Assembly: GCA_947623815.1 (NCBI GenBank) | Contig: CANQHO010000001.1 | Span: 1-61,730 of the forward strand | Reading direction: 5' to 3' | Length of the DNA: 61,730 bases | From: an uncultured Bacilli bacterium | Lineage (GTDB): Bacteria > Bacillota_I > Bacilli_A > RF39 > UBA660 | Shown: positions 26,588 through 36,417 of the stretch, in pieces | How the letters are laid out: every line of letters starts with the position of its first letter | Numbering within the stretch: position 1 is the stretch's first letter | Notes under the pieces: generated by a model | Seen by the model: the letters and a program-made list of their open reading frames with translations, nothing else | What the model was told of the DNA's origin: nothing | The model's database searches: none | Position numbers and translations under genes: made by a program

Positions 26588-27266
26588 ACATTTCTTTTTT
26601 TAGTCGTCTAATTTTTAAAACACTATATCCTGCTATTGATAAAGCAACTAATGCCGATGCTAGTAAAACAGAAACGTTCAAGTCAGCCGTTTTAGGGTTC
26701 TTAGCAACTGTTTTAGTAGTAGGTTTATCTGGTACAGGTTCATATGGTTTAAAATTATTTAAATCAATTTTTAAACAAGTATAATATCTACATGTTTCAG
26801 CTCCACAAGTATTAGATGTAAAGTTAACTTGCATACCGTTATTTTCTAAAGTAAGTTTTGATAATTCTTCTCTTGATGAGTTATTAAACCAAGTCATTAG
26901 TTTATTTTCATCAAGTTCTAATACTCTACCAACAGATCTTACTACATCAGCCAACCATTCTCCGGTAGCAGAATCGCAAAATTGATCTTGACTACTTTCT
27001 CTTTGATATTCTAAAACGTTGTTTTTATAAGTAAAATAGATACGACAAGAATATTTTTGAGCAGAACTTCCATTATATCCATAATAGATTGTTAAATTGT
27101 CTTTTTCTGCTTTAATATTAGTAGTGTATCCTTCAGCTTGATAAGTAGTATAAGAAGTGGTATTTTTTAGTTCATCAGCTAATTCTGTTAAAGAAATATC
27201 TTTAGCACTTACATTACTTACTCCAATGAACAAACAAGCCATCAACATCAAAATATACTTCTTCAT
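26586..27266 (-). CDS. cell-wall-anchored surface protein, NPKTAD sorting signal (predicted SrtB substrate)
   Basis: Signal peptide, a ~150-aa domain paralogous to the N-terminus of the 599-aa neighbour, then NPKTAD plus a hydrophobic stretch and a basic tail (KIRRLKK). Confidence 0.85.
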   Translation of the reverse strand: MKKYILMLMACLFIGVSNVSAKDISLTELADELKNTTSYTTYQAEGYTTNIKAEKDNLTIYYGYNGSSAQKYSCRIYFTYKNNVLEYQRESSQDQFCDSATGEWLADVVRSVGRVLELDENKLMTWFNNSSREELSKLTLENNGMQVNFTSNTCGAETCRYYTCLKIDLNNFKPYEPVPDKPTTKTVAKNPKTADLNVSVLLASALVALSIAGYSVLKIRRLKKEM

Positions 27267-27469
27267 ATTTACCTCCTATTCTATCATAATAATAATACAA
27301 TAAAATGTCTGCTTTTGTCAATCTCCAAAAACTTATTTAAAAAATTTGTCTTTGCTTATTGGTTATTTAAGCACCAAAATAAAATTATTTTAATGCTTAT
27401 TTTTAGTTTCTCCAACTAAAATAAAACAATTCAACATTTATTTACATATTTCGATTTTTAATATAAAGA

Positions 27470-27491
27470 AACAACTTCAATTGAAGTTGTT
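27470..27491 (-). terminator. hairpin AACAACTTC-aatt-GAAGTTGTT after the 599-aa surface-protein gene
   Basis: 9-bp perfect stem overlapping the stop codon, followed by a weak T-run. Confidence 0.4.
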
Positions 27492-29289
27492 ACATTTCTT
27501 TTTTAATTTTATATATTTTAAATATACTATATCCAACTATAGAAAATGCTACTACTGCGGAACTTAATAAAATCAAAATATTTGAATCGGATGTTTTAGG
27601 ATTTTTCTTAACTGTTTTAGGATTACAATATTTTTGTTTTGCCATACTACAAGTTATCCCATCTTTTTCCATTTTACTAGTTATATCTTCCTTAGCATTC
27701 ATCATGCCATCGGGACATATACAAACAACTTTTTCTTGGCAATACTTTTGTTGGGCTTCATCACAAGTAGATCCGTCATTTTCCATTTTACTGGTTATGT
27801 CTTCATTAGCATTTTGCATATTACTTGGACATTTACATGTCGGTTTTTCCTTACAATATTTTTGTTGGGTCGTTTCACAATCTGTTCCATCTTCAACCAT
27901 TTTACCGGCTATATTTTCTCCAGCATTCACTGTACCATCTGGGCATTTACAAACTGGCTTTTCCTTACAGTATTTTTGTTGGGCTTTACCACAATCTATA
28001 TCTTCATCAATCATTTTATCTGATAAATCTTCTCCGGCATTTTGCATATTACTTGGGCATTTACATAGCGGTCTTTCGCGACAATATTTTTTTTGAGATG
28101 TACTACAATCACTTTTATCCGATACCACTTTATCAGCTATATCCATTCCCGCATCTAAACTATCACTTGGACAAGTACATACTGGCTTTTTTTGACAATA
28201 TTTTTCTTGGGCCTGTTCACAAGTTGTGCTATTATCGACATGTTCCGTTATATCTTCATTAGCATTTACCATATCTGCTGGACATTTACATGTCGGCTTT
28301 TCCCGGCAATATTTCTTTTGGGCCGTACTACAATCACTTTTATCTGATACAACTTTATCGGCTATATCCATTCCCGCATCTAAACTGTCACTTGGGCAAG
28401 TACATACTGGCTTTTCTTGACAATATTTTTCTTGGGCTTGTTCACAAGATGTGCTATTATCAACATGATCCGTTATATCTTCACCAGCATTTACCATATC
28501 ATCCGGACATTTACATGTCGGCTTTTCCCGACAATATTTTTGCTGAGCCGTACTACAGTCACTATTATCTTGCATTACTTTATCGGCTATATCCAATCCA
28601 GCATCTAAACTATTGCTTGGACAAGAACAAACAGGTTTTTCCCGGCAATATTGTTTCTGGGCTTGTTCACAAGTTGTACCACTACCGACATGTTCGGTTA
28701 TATCCTTATTAGCGTCCCAACTATCACTAGGACAGTTACAAGGTAGTGGCTTATAAGGATCAAAGTTATTTAAATCAACTTTAAAAATTGTATAATAACG
28801 ACATGTTCCATACGAACAGGTATTAGTCGTAAATCTAACTTGCATACCATTATTTTCCATCGTCAATTGTGATAAATCTTCTCTTGATGAGTTATTAAAC
28901 CAATTCATCAATTTTGATTCATCTAATTCTAAAAGTTTTCCTATAACTCTAACAACATCGGCTAACCAATTAGCATTTGAAGCGGAACAAAAAGTATCTT
29001 CTCCTCCCGTTCGATGATATTCTAAAATATGATTCTCATAAGTAAAGTTTAAACTACAAGAAAATGCTCCTACCCCAGAATACCCTTCATAACCATAATT
29101 TATTTTTAAATTATTACTTTCGGTTGTAACACTTACATTATATCCTGGTAATTGATAAGACGTATATGAAGTTGTCTTTTTCAATTCATCAGCTATATCA
29201 TTAAGTGAAATATCTTTAGCTCTTATCGTATATAATCCAACAAAAACACATGATAAAAAAGCTATCATAATAAAAAAATACTTCTTCAT
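27490..29289 (-). CDS. cell-wall-anchored surface protein with ten Cys-rich repeats, NPKTSD sorting signal
   Basis: Signal peptide and a paralogous N-terminal domain. Ten repeats of ~38 aa follow (KP.C.CP....NA.EDI.....D...C..AQ.KYC.EK). The C-terminus is NPKTSD plus a hydrophobic stretch and KIYKIKK. Confidence 0.88.
   Translation of the reverse strand: MKKYFFIMIAFLSCVFVGLYTIRAKDISLNDIADELKKTTSYTSYQLPGYNVSVTTESNNLKINYGYEGYSGVGAFSCSLNFTYENHILEYHRTGGEDTFCSASNANWLADVVRVIGKLLELDESKLMNWFNNSSREDLSQLTMENNGMQVRFTTNTCSYGTCRYYTIFKVDLNNFDPYKPLPCNCPSDSWDANKDITEHVGSGTTCEQAQKQYCREKPVCSCPSNSLDAGLDIADKVMQDNSDCSTAQQKYCREKPTCKCPDDMVNAGEDITDHVDNSTSCEQAQEKYCQEKPVCTCPSDSLDAGMDIADKVVSDKSDCSTAQKKYCREKPTCKCPADMVNANEDITEHVDNSTTCEQAQEKYCQKKPVCTCPSDSLDAGMDIADKVVSDKSDCSTSQKKYCRERPLCKCPSNMQNAGEDLSDKMIDEDIDCGKAQQKYCKEKPVCKCPDGTVNAGENIAGKMVEDGTDCETTQQKYCKEKPTCKCPSNMQNANEDITSKMENDGSTCDEAQQKYCQEKVVCICPDGMMNAKEDITSKMEKDGITCSMAKQKYCNPKTVKKNPKTSDSNILILLSSAVVAFSIVGYSIFKIYKIKKEM
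27616..28749 (-). repeat. coding tandem repeat, 10 units of ~111-114 bp (alternating A/B subtypes)
   Basis: Units 3-4 and 5-6 are near-identical at the protein level. The repeat generates the stack of spurious plus-strand ORFs at 27634-28712. Confidence 0.9.
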
Positions 29290-29447
29290 ACAATCCTCCT
29301 ATCATATCATGATAATAATACAACGAATCGAGTATTTTTGTCAATATCGACAGAAAAAAACAAGATTCGCCATTTGATTATTTCATTATTATTTTTCCCA
29401 TTTAATATGAAATAATACTTTTTCAATCTTGTTCAATTTTTATAAAT

Positions 29448-31064
29448 TTATTTCATTTCTTCCATAATACAAGGAATTATTTGTTTTTTTCTAGATACTA
29501 AACCATCTAAATAATAACCTTGGTTTAAATTTTCAATATGAAAGGCATTTTCCAAAATATTTTTTTCACTTTCTGTATAAAATAAATATGAACCATTTTT
29601 CAAAATATCAGTTACTACTAACACAACCATTTGATAACTACCATTTTCTTTCATTTTTTCAATTACTTTTTGGTATTCATCTTTCTCTTTTAATATATTA
29701 TCATAGTCTAAAGTAAATACTTGACTTACAGCAATTTTACCATCGTTTATCGGATATAATTTTATATCCGTATTTATAACATCTTCTTTACTCCGACCTT
29801 CTAGTGAAGTTCCCGCTTTAAACATTTCAATGGCATACTCTTCTGGATTTACTTGGGCAATAACTGATAAATTGGCTACTGCTTCTTCATCGTAACTTGT
29901 TTTAGAAGGACTAGTTAAAGCAAGAGTATCTGATAAAATACCAGAAAGCATAATTCCCGCAATACTCTTAGGTATTTCGGTTTTAGTTTCTAAAAATTGT
30001 TGATAAATAATTGTATTAGTACTACCAACCGACATATTTCTAAAATTGATAGGTTTGTTTGTTGAAATATTGCCAATTTTATGATGATCTAAAACTTCTA
30101 CAATTTCGGCTTCCTCTAACCCTTCAACACTTTGATCAGATTCATTATGATCGACCAAAATAACTTTTTTCTTTTCTATATCCGTCACTTCGGTAACTCT
30201 AAGTAGTCCTTTACAAACACCTTTTTTATTGACAATTGGATAATTATTATGTTTTAATTTATTACTTTCTTTTATAAAATCATCATAATAATCTAGTTCG
30301 TTAAAGGTACATATTCTTCCCTTTGGTAATATAGCATATATGTAGTTACTTAATCCAATTAGTTTACTAGTTCTAAATGTATCATAAGGACTTAAAATAA
30401 TATTTACTTTATTTTCATAAGCCAATTTTATAAGTTCATCAGGGATATATCTTCCTCCTACATTTATAATCAACTTTACTTTACTCATAATGGCTTTTTT
30501 TAATATTTCAACTCTTCCACCAGCGATTAAAATATCGTTTGAACAAAGGGTTACCGTATTTAAAAAGGTTTGGGTATCATAAGCGGCTATTAAAATAGAA
30601 CCTTCTATTTCTTCGTCAATTCTTACAATTTCTTTACCATTTAAAGTTTTTAAAATATTATCATAAGAAGTTTTTAATTCATTAAAGTTACCATCTATTA
30701 AATCATTAGTAATGTTTTTAATTGTAACTAAGGTTAAAAATTTTTGAGCATCATCTATTAAAGGCACACCAGTAATACAGTGATCCATCATAAAATCATA
30801 TGCTTCTTTTACACTAGAATTATATTTTAAATAATAATCTTTATGATATTTTATATCTCTAATTTGTAACTTAACATCATTTAAATATTTAGGTGATTCA
30901 ACACCAAAATAATCTAGAACAAATTTTGTTTCTAAATTTATATCTCCCAAAACTCTAGGTTCTGTTTTATATCCCAATTGATTTTTTAAATATGATAAAC
31001 TAATAGCACTTGTAACTGAATCTGTATCCGGTTTGCGATGACCAAATATATATATTTTATTCAT
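29448..31064 (-). CDS. ppaC: family II (DHH) inorganic pyrophosphatase with CBS/DRTGG insertion
   Basis: N-terminus IFGHRKPDTDSVTSA (DHH family), an internal CBS-pair region, DHNE and DHHK motifs, and a C-terminal DHHA2-like region. The length (538 aa) is typical of a CBS-PPase. Confidence 0.85.
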   Translation of the reverse strand: MNKIYIFGHRKPDTDSVTSAISLSYLKNQLGYKTEPRVLGDINLETKFVLDYFGVESPKYLNDVKLQIRDIKYHKDYYLKYNSSVKEAYDFMMDHCITGVPLIDDAQKFLTLVTIKNITNDLIDGNFNELKTSYDNILKTLNGKEIVRIDEEIEGSILIAAYDTQTFLNTVTLCSNDILIAGGRVEILKKAIMSKVKLIINVGGRYIPDELIKLAYENKVNIILSPYDTFRTSKLIGLSNYIYAILPKGRICTFNELDYYDDFIKESNKLKHNNYPIVNKKGVCKGLLRVTEVTDIEKKKVILVDHNESDQSVEGLEEAEIVEVLDHHKIGNISTNKPINFRNMSVGSTNTIIYQQFLETKTEIPKSIAGIMLSGILSDTLALTSPSKTSYDEEAVANLSVIAQVNPEEYAIEMFKAGTSLEGRSKEDVINTDIKLYPINDGKIAVSQVFTLDYDNILKEKDEYQKVIEKMKENGSYQMVVLVVTDILKNGSYLFYTESEKNILENAFHIENLNQGYYLDGLVSRKKQIIPCIMEEMK

Positions 31065-31137
31065 AACCTACTCCTTTTATTCAAGTTTTACCTTTGCTTA
31101 TTATACAGGATATGGTCTTTAAATACAAGTACTATCG

Positions 31138-31680
31138 TTATAATATTTTTTCAATTTTGTCTAATAATTTTTCTACTTTTTCCTCTTGTTTTTTTATGTC
31201 ATCAAATTTTAAACAATTATTAAATTTTTCCTCCAATAAAACATTCATAGATGCACTTTCCGCAAAATTAGTTAAACTTTTTAATGCTTTATCCGAACTA
31301 TATTCATCTTTACAACTAGAACCTATCGCTATAGCTATCATATTTTTATTCTTTAAAGTTTCTTTGGTATATAAAGGATTTAAACGGTCCATAAATATTT
31401 TTAAATCACCAGATATTAAATTCCATCTAGTTGGAGTTATAAAAATTAAAGTATCAGCATTTTCTACTTTTTTAATATTATCTATCATATCATCTTTAAA
31501 ATCACATACCCCTTTAGTATCACAATCCATACATCCAGTACAAATATATATTTTTTGATTACCCGGAATGATAATATCACTAATAATTCTTTTTGACTCT
31601 AATCTATCTTTTATTTTATTTGCTAAGTACTGACCATTTCCTTCTCTTCTAGATCCTAAAATAATAACTGTTTTTGCCAT
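31138..31680 (-). CDS. flavodoxin-fold NADPH-dependent FMN reductase family, iron-sulfur flavoprotein-like
   Basis: N-terminus VIILGSRREGNG, and a compact CX2CX2CX5C motif (CTGCMDCDTKGVC) as in Isf-type proteins. Confidence 0.7.
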   Translation of the reverse strand: MAKTVIILGSRREGNGQYLANKIKDRLESKRIISDIIIPGNQKIYICTGCMDCDTKGVCDFKDDMIDNIKKVENADTLIFITPTRWNLISGDLKIFMDRLNPLYTKETLKNKNMIAIAIGSSCKDEYSSDKALKSLTNFAESASMNVLLEEKFNNCLKFDDIKKQEEKVEKLLDKIEKIL

Positions 31681-31738
31681 TTTATCACCATTTTTATTAT
31701 GAATATTTTAATTTAAAATATACAAAAAAACTACTATT

Positions 31739-32100
31739 TTAAGTAGCTTTTATAACATCTTCCCACTCTTTGACTTTAAAACCAAATAACACTTTATCAT
31801 CAATTAAAAGAACTGGTCTTTTTACAAGCATACCATCACTAGCCAACAACTTTATTTGTTCTTCTAAAGAAAGATTAGGTAGTTTATCTTTTAATTTTAA
31901 TTCTTTATAAAGATTTCCACTAGTGTTAAAAAATGATTTCAATGGTTTTTCAGTTTTTTTAACCATAAATTCAATTCTTTACTAGTTGGATTATTTTCAA
32001 TAATATCTCTTTTTTCATACTCGATAAAATGTTCATCTAAAAATGTCAAAGCCTTTTTACAAGTACTACAACGAGGATGACATAATATTACTGCTTTCAT
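31739..32100 (-). pseudogene. ArsC/Spx-family (YffB-like) protein, frameshifted in a poly-A run
   Basis: The N-terminal piece from the ATG at 32100 (RBS AGAGGTGA) reads MKAVILCHPRCSTCKKALTFLDEHFIEYEKRDIIENNPTSKELNLWLKK. The C-terminal piece (31739-31966 ORF) reads TEKPLKSFFNTSGNLYKEL...DGMLVKRPVL. The frames differ by one base at the A7 run (T7 on the plus strand, 31954-31960). Confidence 0.75.
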
Positions 32101-32114
32101 ATTTCACCTCTATT

Positions 32115-32351
32115 TTAACAAAACCAATCGATAATATCTTGCGAACAATGTTTGTGTTTTCTGGCTAGCCAATCATCATAGAAAAAACTTTTGTCACTAT
32201 AACGAGTTCCCTCTTGAAATACTTCTCTTTTATCGTTTATTTCACAACCAAATTGCCAATCAACCAAACCTCCATAACAATTTCTTACATCTTGTTTAAG
32301 TTGCCACTGTTCTAAATGTGTAATAACTCCATCTACTCCTATTTTTTTCAT
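32115..32351 (-). CDS. hypothetical small protein (78 aa, Trp/Cys-containing)
   Basis: ORF with an AAGGGA RBS. No recognisable motif. Confidence 0.5.
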   Translation of the reverse strand: MKKIGVDGVITHLEQWQLKQDVRNCYGGLVDWQFGCEINDKREVFQEGTRYSDKSFFYDDWLARKHKHCSQDIIDWFC

Positions 32352-32464
32352 AATTGTCCCTTTCTATTATTTTATTTACTACACACGGCTATTTTAGTAT
32401 ATCACGTTATTATCAATAGTTACAATTATTTTTTTAATTTTTTTAACAAAAATGTAAAAAACAT

Positions 32465-35400
32465 TTAATTTTTATTTTTTTTCTTTATAATAAATTTATC
32501 TAAAAATACCAATATAGCAGGTAACAAAAGTAATATTAAAATAACTGAACAAATTGTTCCTTGACATAAAGTAATACATATTTTACTGGCAATATCTTCC
32601 GCAAATATTCCAACGACAAAAGTGACAATTATTAGTATAGATGAGGATGTTAAAATGGTGTTAATCGACTTATCATAAGCCAAAGTAACGGCTTCTTTTT
32701 TATCGTATTTTTCTCTTATTTCTTCATAATAGGATGTGTATAAAATGGCGTAATCGATGGTTGCACCCAACAAAATACTTTGCACTATTAAAATAGAAAT
32801 AAAGTAAACTGAGCCACCAAGTAATGACAATACTCCCATTGTTACATAAACAGCAGTTTGAATAATCAAAACTAAAATACATGGTATTGATAAGGACTTA
32901 AATGTTAAGGCTACAACGATAAAAATTGATATCATTGTTAAAATTGTAATAGAGTTTAATTCACCGTCAAATGTGTCGTTCATTTCATAGGCCATCAATG
33001 AATCTCCCGCAAAATAAACTTTATCATTTTTAAATATTTCTTTAGCGTTTTTTATAAAGTTAAATGTTTCTTTTGATTCTGCTGGTAATTCAGTGTTAAT
33101 AACTATTCGTGAATAATTATTTCCTACTAAATTGTCTTTGGCCTTTTTTATTGTATCTTTCGCATCAACCACTTTTTCTTTAAATGAATTATCGATAAAT
33201 TTATCGTATTTTGCATCTTTTAATATATCTTCATTTAAATAGTCAACTAATTGTTCTAATGTCAAAGTATATTTATTTTGATAATTATATACACTACCAT
33301 AATAAATATATAATAATTCAATCATATCTTGATTTAAACCATCATCTAATTTTTTTACAGTTTGATAAAATTCTTGGGAGGTATATTTTTTATTATTGTC
33401 TAAATCGATCATAATTTTTCTTAGAGTTGTTAGTTTTTCTAAAGAACTATCCGAAAACAAATTGGAATATTCTTTTTTAGTTACTACATCATCCAATATA
33501 AAATTAACTAATTTTTGTAGGGATATATTTAAAGAGTAATTGTTTTTTTCTAATTGATATAAAGAGTATAATAATTTTATTTTGGCTTTATCTATATTAA
33601 AAATTGAAGATATTTGATTAACAGAATATTTTTTATTAGAAATAACTCCGTTCATGACATTTTGTAAAGTAACTAAAGATTTCAAAGTTTTACTATCTAG
33701 TTTTCCTTTTAAAACATCACTTTGTTTATTTTTTAAAATAAAGTCGACAAATTGTTTAGGAGTCATTTTTAAATTTTTATTCTCTAAAGTATATAAACTA
33801 TAAATACTTTTTAATTTACTTTCGTCAATATTTAAAATTTGACTTAAATTTTTATAAGTATATGTTTGATTTTTAAGACTGCTATCCATAATTTCTTTTA
33901 ACAATTTTAATTGTTCAATTGTTTTTTCATCGACAAGATTAGAATTTGTATTTACACTTTCTAAAACGAGGTTGACAAATTGATATGGTGTCATCACCCA
34001 ATTGTCGGTATTATTGTTCGAATAGTCAATTAAAGCATATATTTTATATAATAATTCTTTATCTATTCCGACCACTGAAGACAACTCACTGGCTTTATAC
34101 AAAGTTGGATTGTTTACCACCTTTGGATCATTTTGTAAAGCTATTAAGTTATCAATATTAACTTGATCTAAATATTCTGTATTATTTTTTAAATAAATTA
34201 CACTGTTTATAAAATTGCTTAAAGTCATTTTCGTATCACTTTCTTGCGTAGAATAATATGAAAGTAATACTTTGTCAGTTAAACTTTTATCGATATTGAA
34301 CATATTACTTAATGCTTCACTATTTAAACTTTTATTGATAGTATTTTTATCACTTAGATTATAAATCAATTTAATTTTTTCTTTTTCATCTTTACTGATA
34401 AGATTATTGTATGTTGTGTTAATGGTTTTATTTTCAATTATAAATTTAGATAATTGGTTAATGGTTAATTTTGTATCTACTCCATTTATACTAAAATAAT
34501 ATAAATATAACTGTTTTGTTAGATTGGCATCCATATTGAAAAGTTTAGCTATTTCTTTATAATTAACCGCTTTAGTAATGGTTTTTTTATTTGTATATTT
34601 TTCTAAAGTATTTATACTATTTAAAGCACTTTTAGGAATTTGATTAGAATACGTTTTATTAGTTAAAACTTTATTTTTAATAAAATTAGTAAAGTCGGGT
34701 ATAGTTATTTTTTGATTGACATTTTTAGAATTGTATAAAACCAATAACGATTTGACACTGTCAACATCAATATTTAATAAATTAGAGATATCTTTTATAT
34801 TTCTTGGTTTAGTAATTCCTTCTATAGTAGTAAAATTGGATAATTTATTTAAACTTTGACTGTCTAATTCATCAGATATTTTTCCCTCTTTATTGGCTTC
34901 ATTTTTAAGAAAATCAACTAAATTTTCCATAGATATTTTATTTTCTTTTTGATTATAGTAATTATAATAAAGAATTTTTAGTAAGTAATCTTCCACATCA
35001 ATATCCATATCAAAATCATTTAATTTTTTATTCAAATCTTGATATTTAATTGGTTCATTTATAGTATTACCATAACATAAAACACTATTGGCATCTTTTA
35101 AATTCTCTAAGGTATGACATTTATCTGCGATTGTCTTTTCATCTTGATTTTTATAAACTACTACCATTTGATTATTTTCTTTAAATACTTTTTTTATCTC
35201 ATCTTTTTCTGATGTTGTGTATAAAGTTTTTAAACCACCTTTTAAAACAAAACTAATTCCAAAACATAAAACTAATATTGGTATAGATATATATCTAATT
35301 TTATAACTAAATTTTCCTATTTTGGTCATGTGTAAATTCAAAACATTTTTCTTGGTTTTGGTGATTAGATTGTCAAATGTTAAAATCAAGGCTGGTAAAC

Positions 35401-36301
35401 AAAAGAAAATACTAATTAAACTTAAAAGAACTCCTTTCGCTAAAACAAAACCTAAATCTTTACCGATAGTAAAACTCATAAATATTAGGGCTAATAAACC
35501 GACAATCGTCGTCAAAGAACTACTAGATATTGCCTTTAAAGATTGATAAAGGGCTTGCTTCATTGCCGCTATTTTATCTGGATATTTTTCTTTTTCTTGA
35601 CGATAACGGTTCATCAACATAATAGAATAATCCATTGAAAGAGCCATTTGTAATATAGCTGATATAGAATTAGTAACATTTGATACACTAGAAAAAATTA
35701 TATTGGATCCCGCATTTAAAATAACCGCTATACCGATGGTAAACAAAAACAAAAATGGTTCAATATAAGATTCACACATAAATATTAAAATAACTAAACA
35801 AATACTAACAGCGACGACAATAATCCAAAGTGGTAAAACATCACCGTTTTTAGAAGCAATAGAGCCACTTGTGGAAAATTCATAGTCTTCATACTTGTTT
35901 GTAACTTCTTCATACACCTGTTTGGCTTTAGGAGAATCATCTTTAGCGTCCACATTAACAGTATATAATGTATAATCATCTTTATTGTAATCTTCACTAT
36001 CTTTTTTATAATCAACAGTGGCGATATTTTTATTGTTTTTTAAATAATTATATATATCATCTTTTTCTTTATCACTCAAATTTTTAAACATAATATTAAA
36101 AGATGAACTTGCTTCTTTAGAAAATTCTTTATTCATAATATTGATACCAGTTTTTGTTTCAGAACTATCCGGTAAATAGTTAGTCATATCATAATTTATA
36201 TTTACTTTTCTACTTAAAAACATACTAATAAAAGTTAGTATTATAAACAAAAATAAAATAATTTTTCTTTTTTCAACAATAAAATCAGTAATTCTTTTCA
36301 T
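32465..36301 (-). CDS. MMPL/RND-superfamily transporter with greatly expanded second extracytoplasmic loop
   Basis: Two blocks of TM helices (about aa 160-355 and 1085-1270) have MMPL-like spacing. Eight ~79-aa repeats lie between TM7 and TM8. The third-codon ATG (36301) is preferred on RBS spacing. Confidence 0.8.
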   Translation of the reverse strand: MKRITDFIVEKRKIILFLFIILTFISMFLSRKVNINYDMTNYLPDSSETKTGINIMNKEFSKEASSSFNIMFKNLSDKEKDDIYNYLKNNKNIATVDYKKDSEDYNKDDYTLYTVNVDAKDDSPKAKQVYEEVTNKYEDYEFSTSGSIASKNGDVLPLWIIVVAVSICLVILIFMCESYIEPFLFLFTIGIAVILNAGSNIIFSSVSNVTNSISAILQMALSMDYSIMLMNRYRQEKEKYPDKIAAMKQALYQSLKAISSSSLTTIVGLLALIFMSFTIGKDLGFVLAKGVLLSLISIFFCLPALILTFDNLITKTKKNVLNLHMTKIGKFSYKIRYISIPILVLCFGISFVLKGGLKTLYTTSEKDEIKKVFKENNQMVVVYKNQDEKTIADKCHTLENLKDANSVLCYGNTINEPIKYQDLNKKLNDFDMDIDVEDYLLKILYYNYYNQKENKISMENLVDFLKNEANKEGKISDELDSQSLNKLSNFTTIEGITKPRNIKDISNLLNIDVDSVKSLLVLYNSKNVNQKITIPDFTNFIKNKVLTNKTYSNQIPKSALNSINTLEKYTNKKTITKAVNYKEIAKLFNMDANLTKQLYLYYFSINGVDTKLTINQLSKFIIENKTINTTYNNLISKDEKEKIKLIYNLSDKNTINKSLNSEALSNMFNIDKSLTDKVLLSYYSTQESDTKMTLSNFINSVIYLKNNTEYLDQVNIDNLIALQNDPKVVNNPTLYKASELSSVVGIDKELLYKIYALIDYSNNNTDNWVMTPYQFVNLVLESVNTNSNLVDEKTIEQLKLLKEIMDSSLKNQTYTYKNLSQILNIDESKLKSIYSLYTLENKNLKMTPKQFVDFILKNKQSDVLKGKLDSKTLKSLVTLQNVMNGVISNKKYSVNQISSIFNIDKAKIKLLYSLYQLEKNNYSLNISLQKLVNFILDDVVTKKEYSNLFSDSSLEKLTTLRKIMIDLDNNKKYTSQEFYQTVKKLDDGLNQDMIELLYIYYGSVYNYQNKYTLTLEQLVDYLNEDILKDAKYDKFIDNSFKEKVVDAKDTIKKAKDNLVGNNYSRIVINTELPAESKETFNFIKNAKEIFKNDKVYFAGDSLMAYEMNDTFDGELNSITILTMISIFIVVALTFKSLSIPCILVLIIQTAVYVTMGVLSLLGGSVYFISILIVQSILLGATIDYAILYTSYYEEIREKYDKKEAVTLAYDKSINTILTSSSILIIVTFVVGIFAEDIASKICITLCQGTICSVILILLLLPAILVFLDKFIIKKKNKN

Positions 36302-36417
36302 TTTCATTCCCCCTAGAAACTAACGAATTATTATACACCAAACTTTTATTTTATAAAAGACTTTTTTTTAATTATTTTTTTATATAATATTATATATATG
36401 GAAAAGAGGAAAAATTT

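Noticed and set aside
27634-28712. A stack of plus-strand ORFs (129, 130, 145, 64, 140 and 63 aa) inside the surface-protein gene.
   Set aside because: All are antisense shadows of the 10-unit coding repeat. Their sequences are repetitive and low-complexity, and none has an RBS. The minus-strand frame has a signal peptide, a sorting signal and a paralogue.
36302-36417. Gene orientation switches from minus to plus at about 36.3 kb, which could mark a replication origin. A DnaA-box-like TGTATCCACA is also present at 170-179.
   Set aside because: There is no dnaA or dnaN, no cluster of DnaA boxes and no AT-rich unwinding element distinct from the background. The spacer is only 110 bp. The single near-consensus box at 170-179 is isolated.
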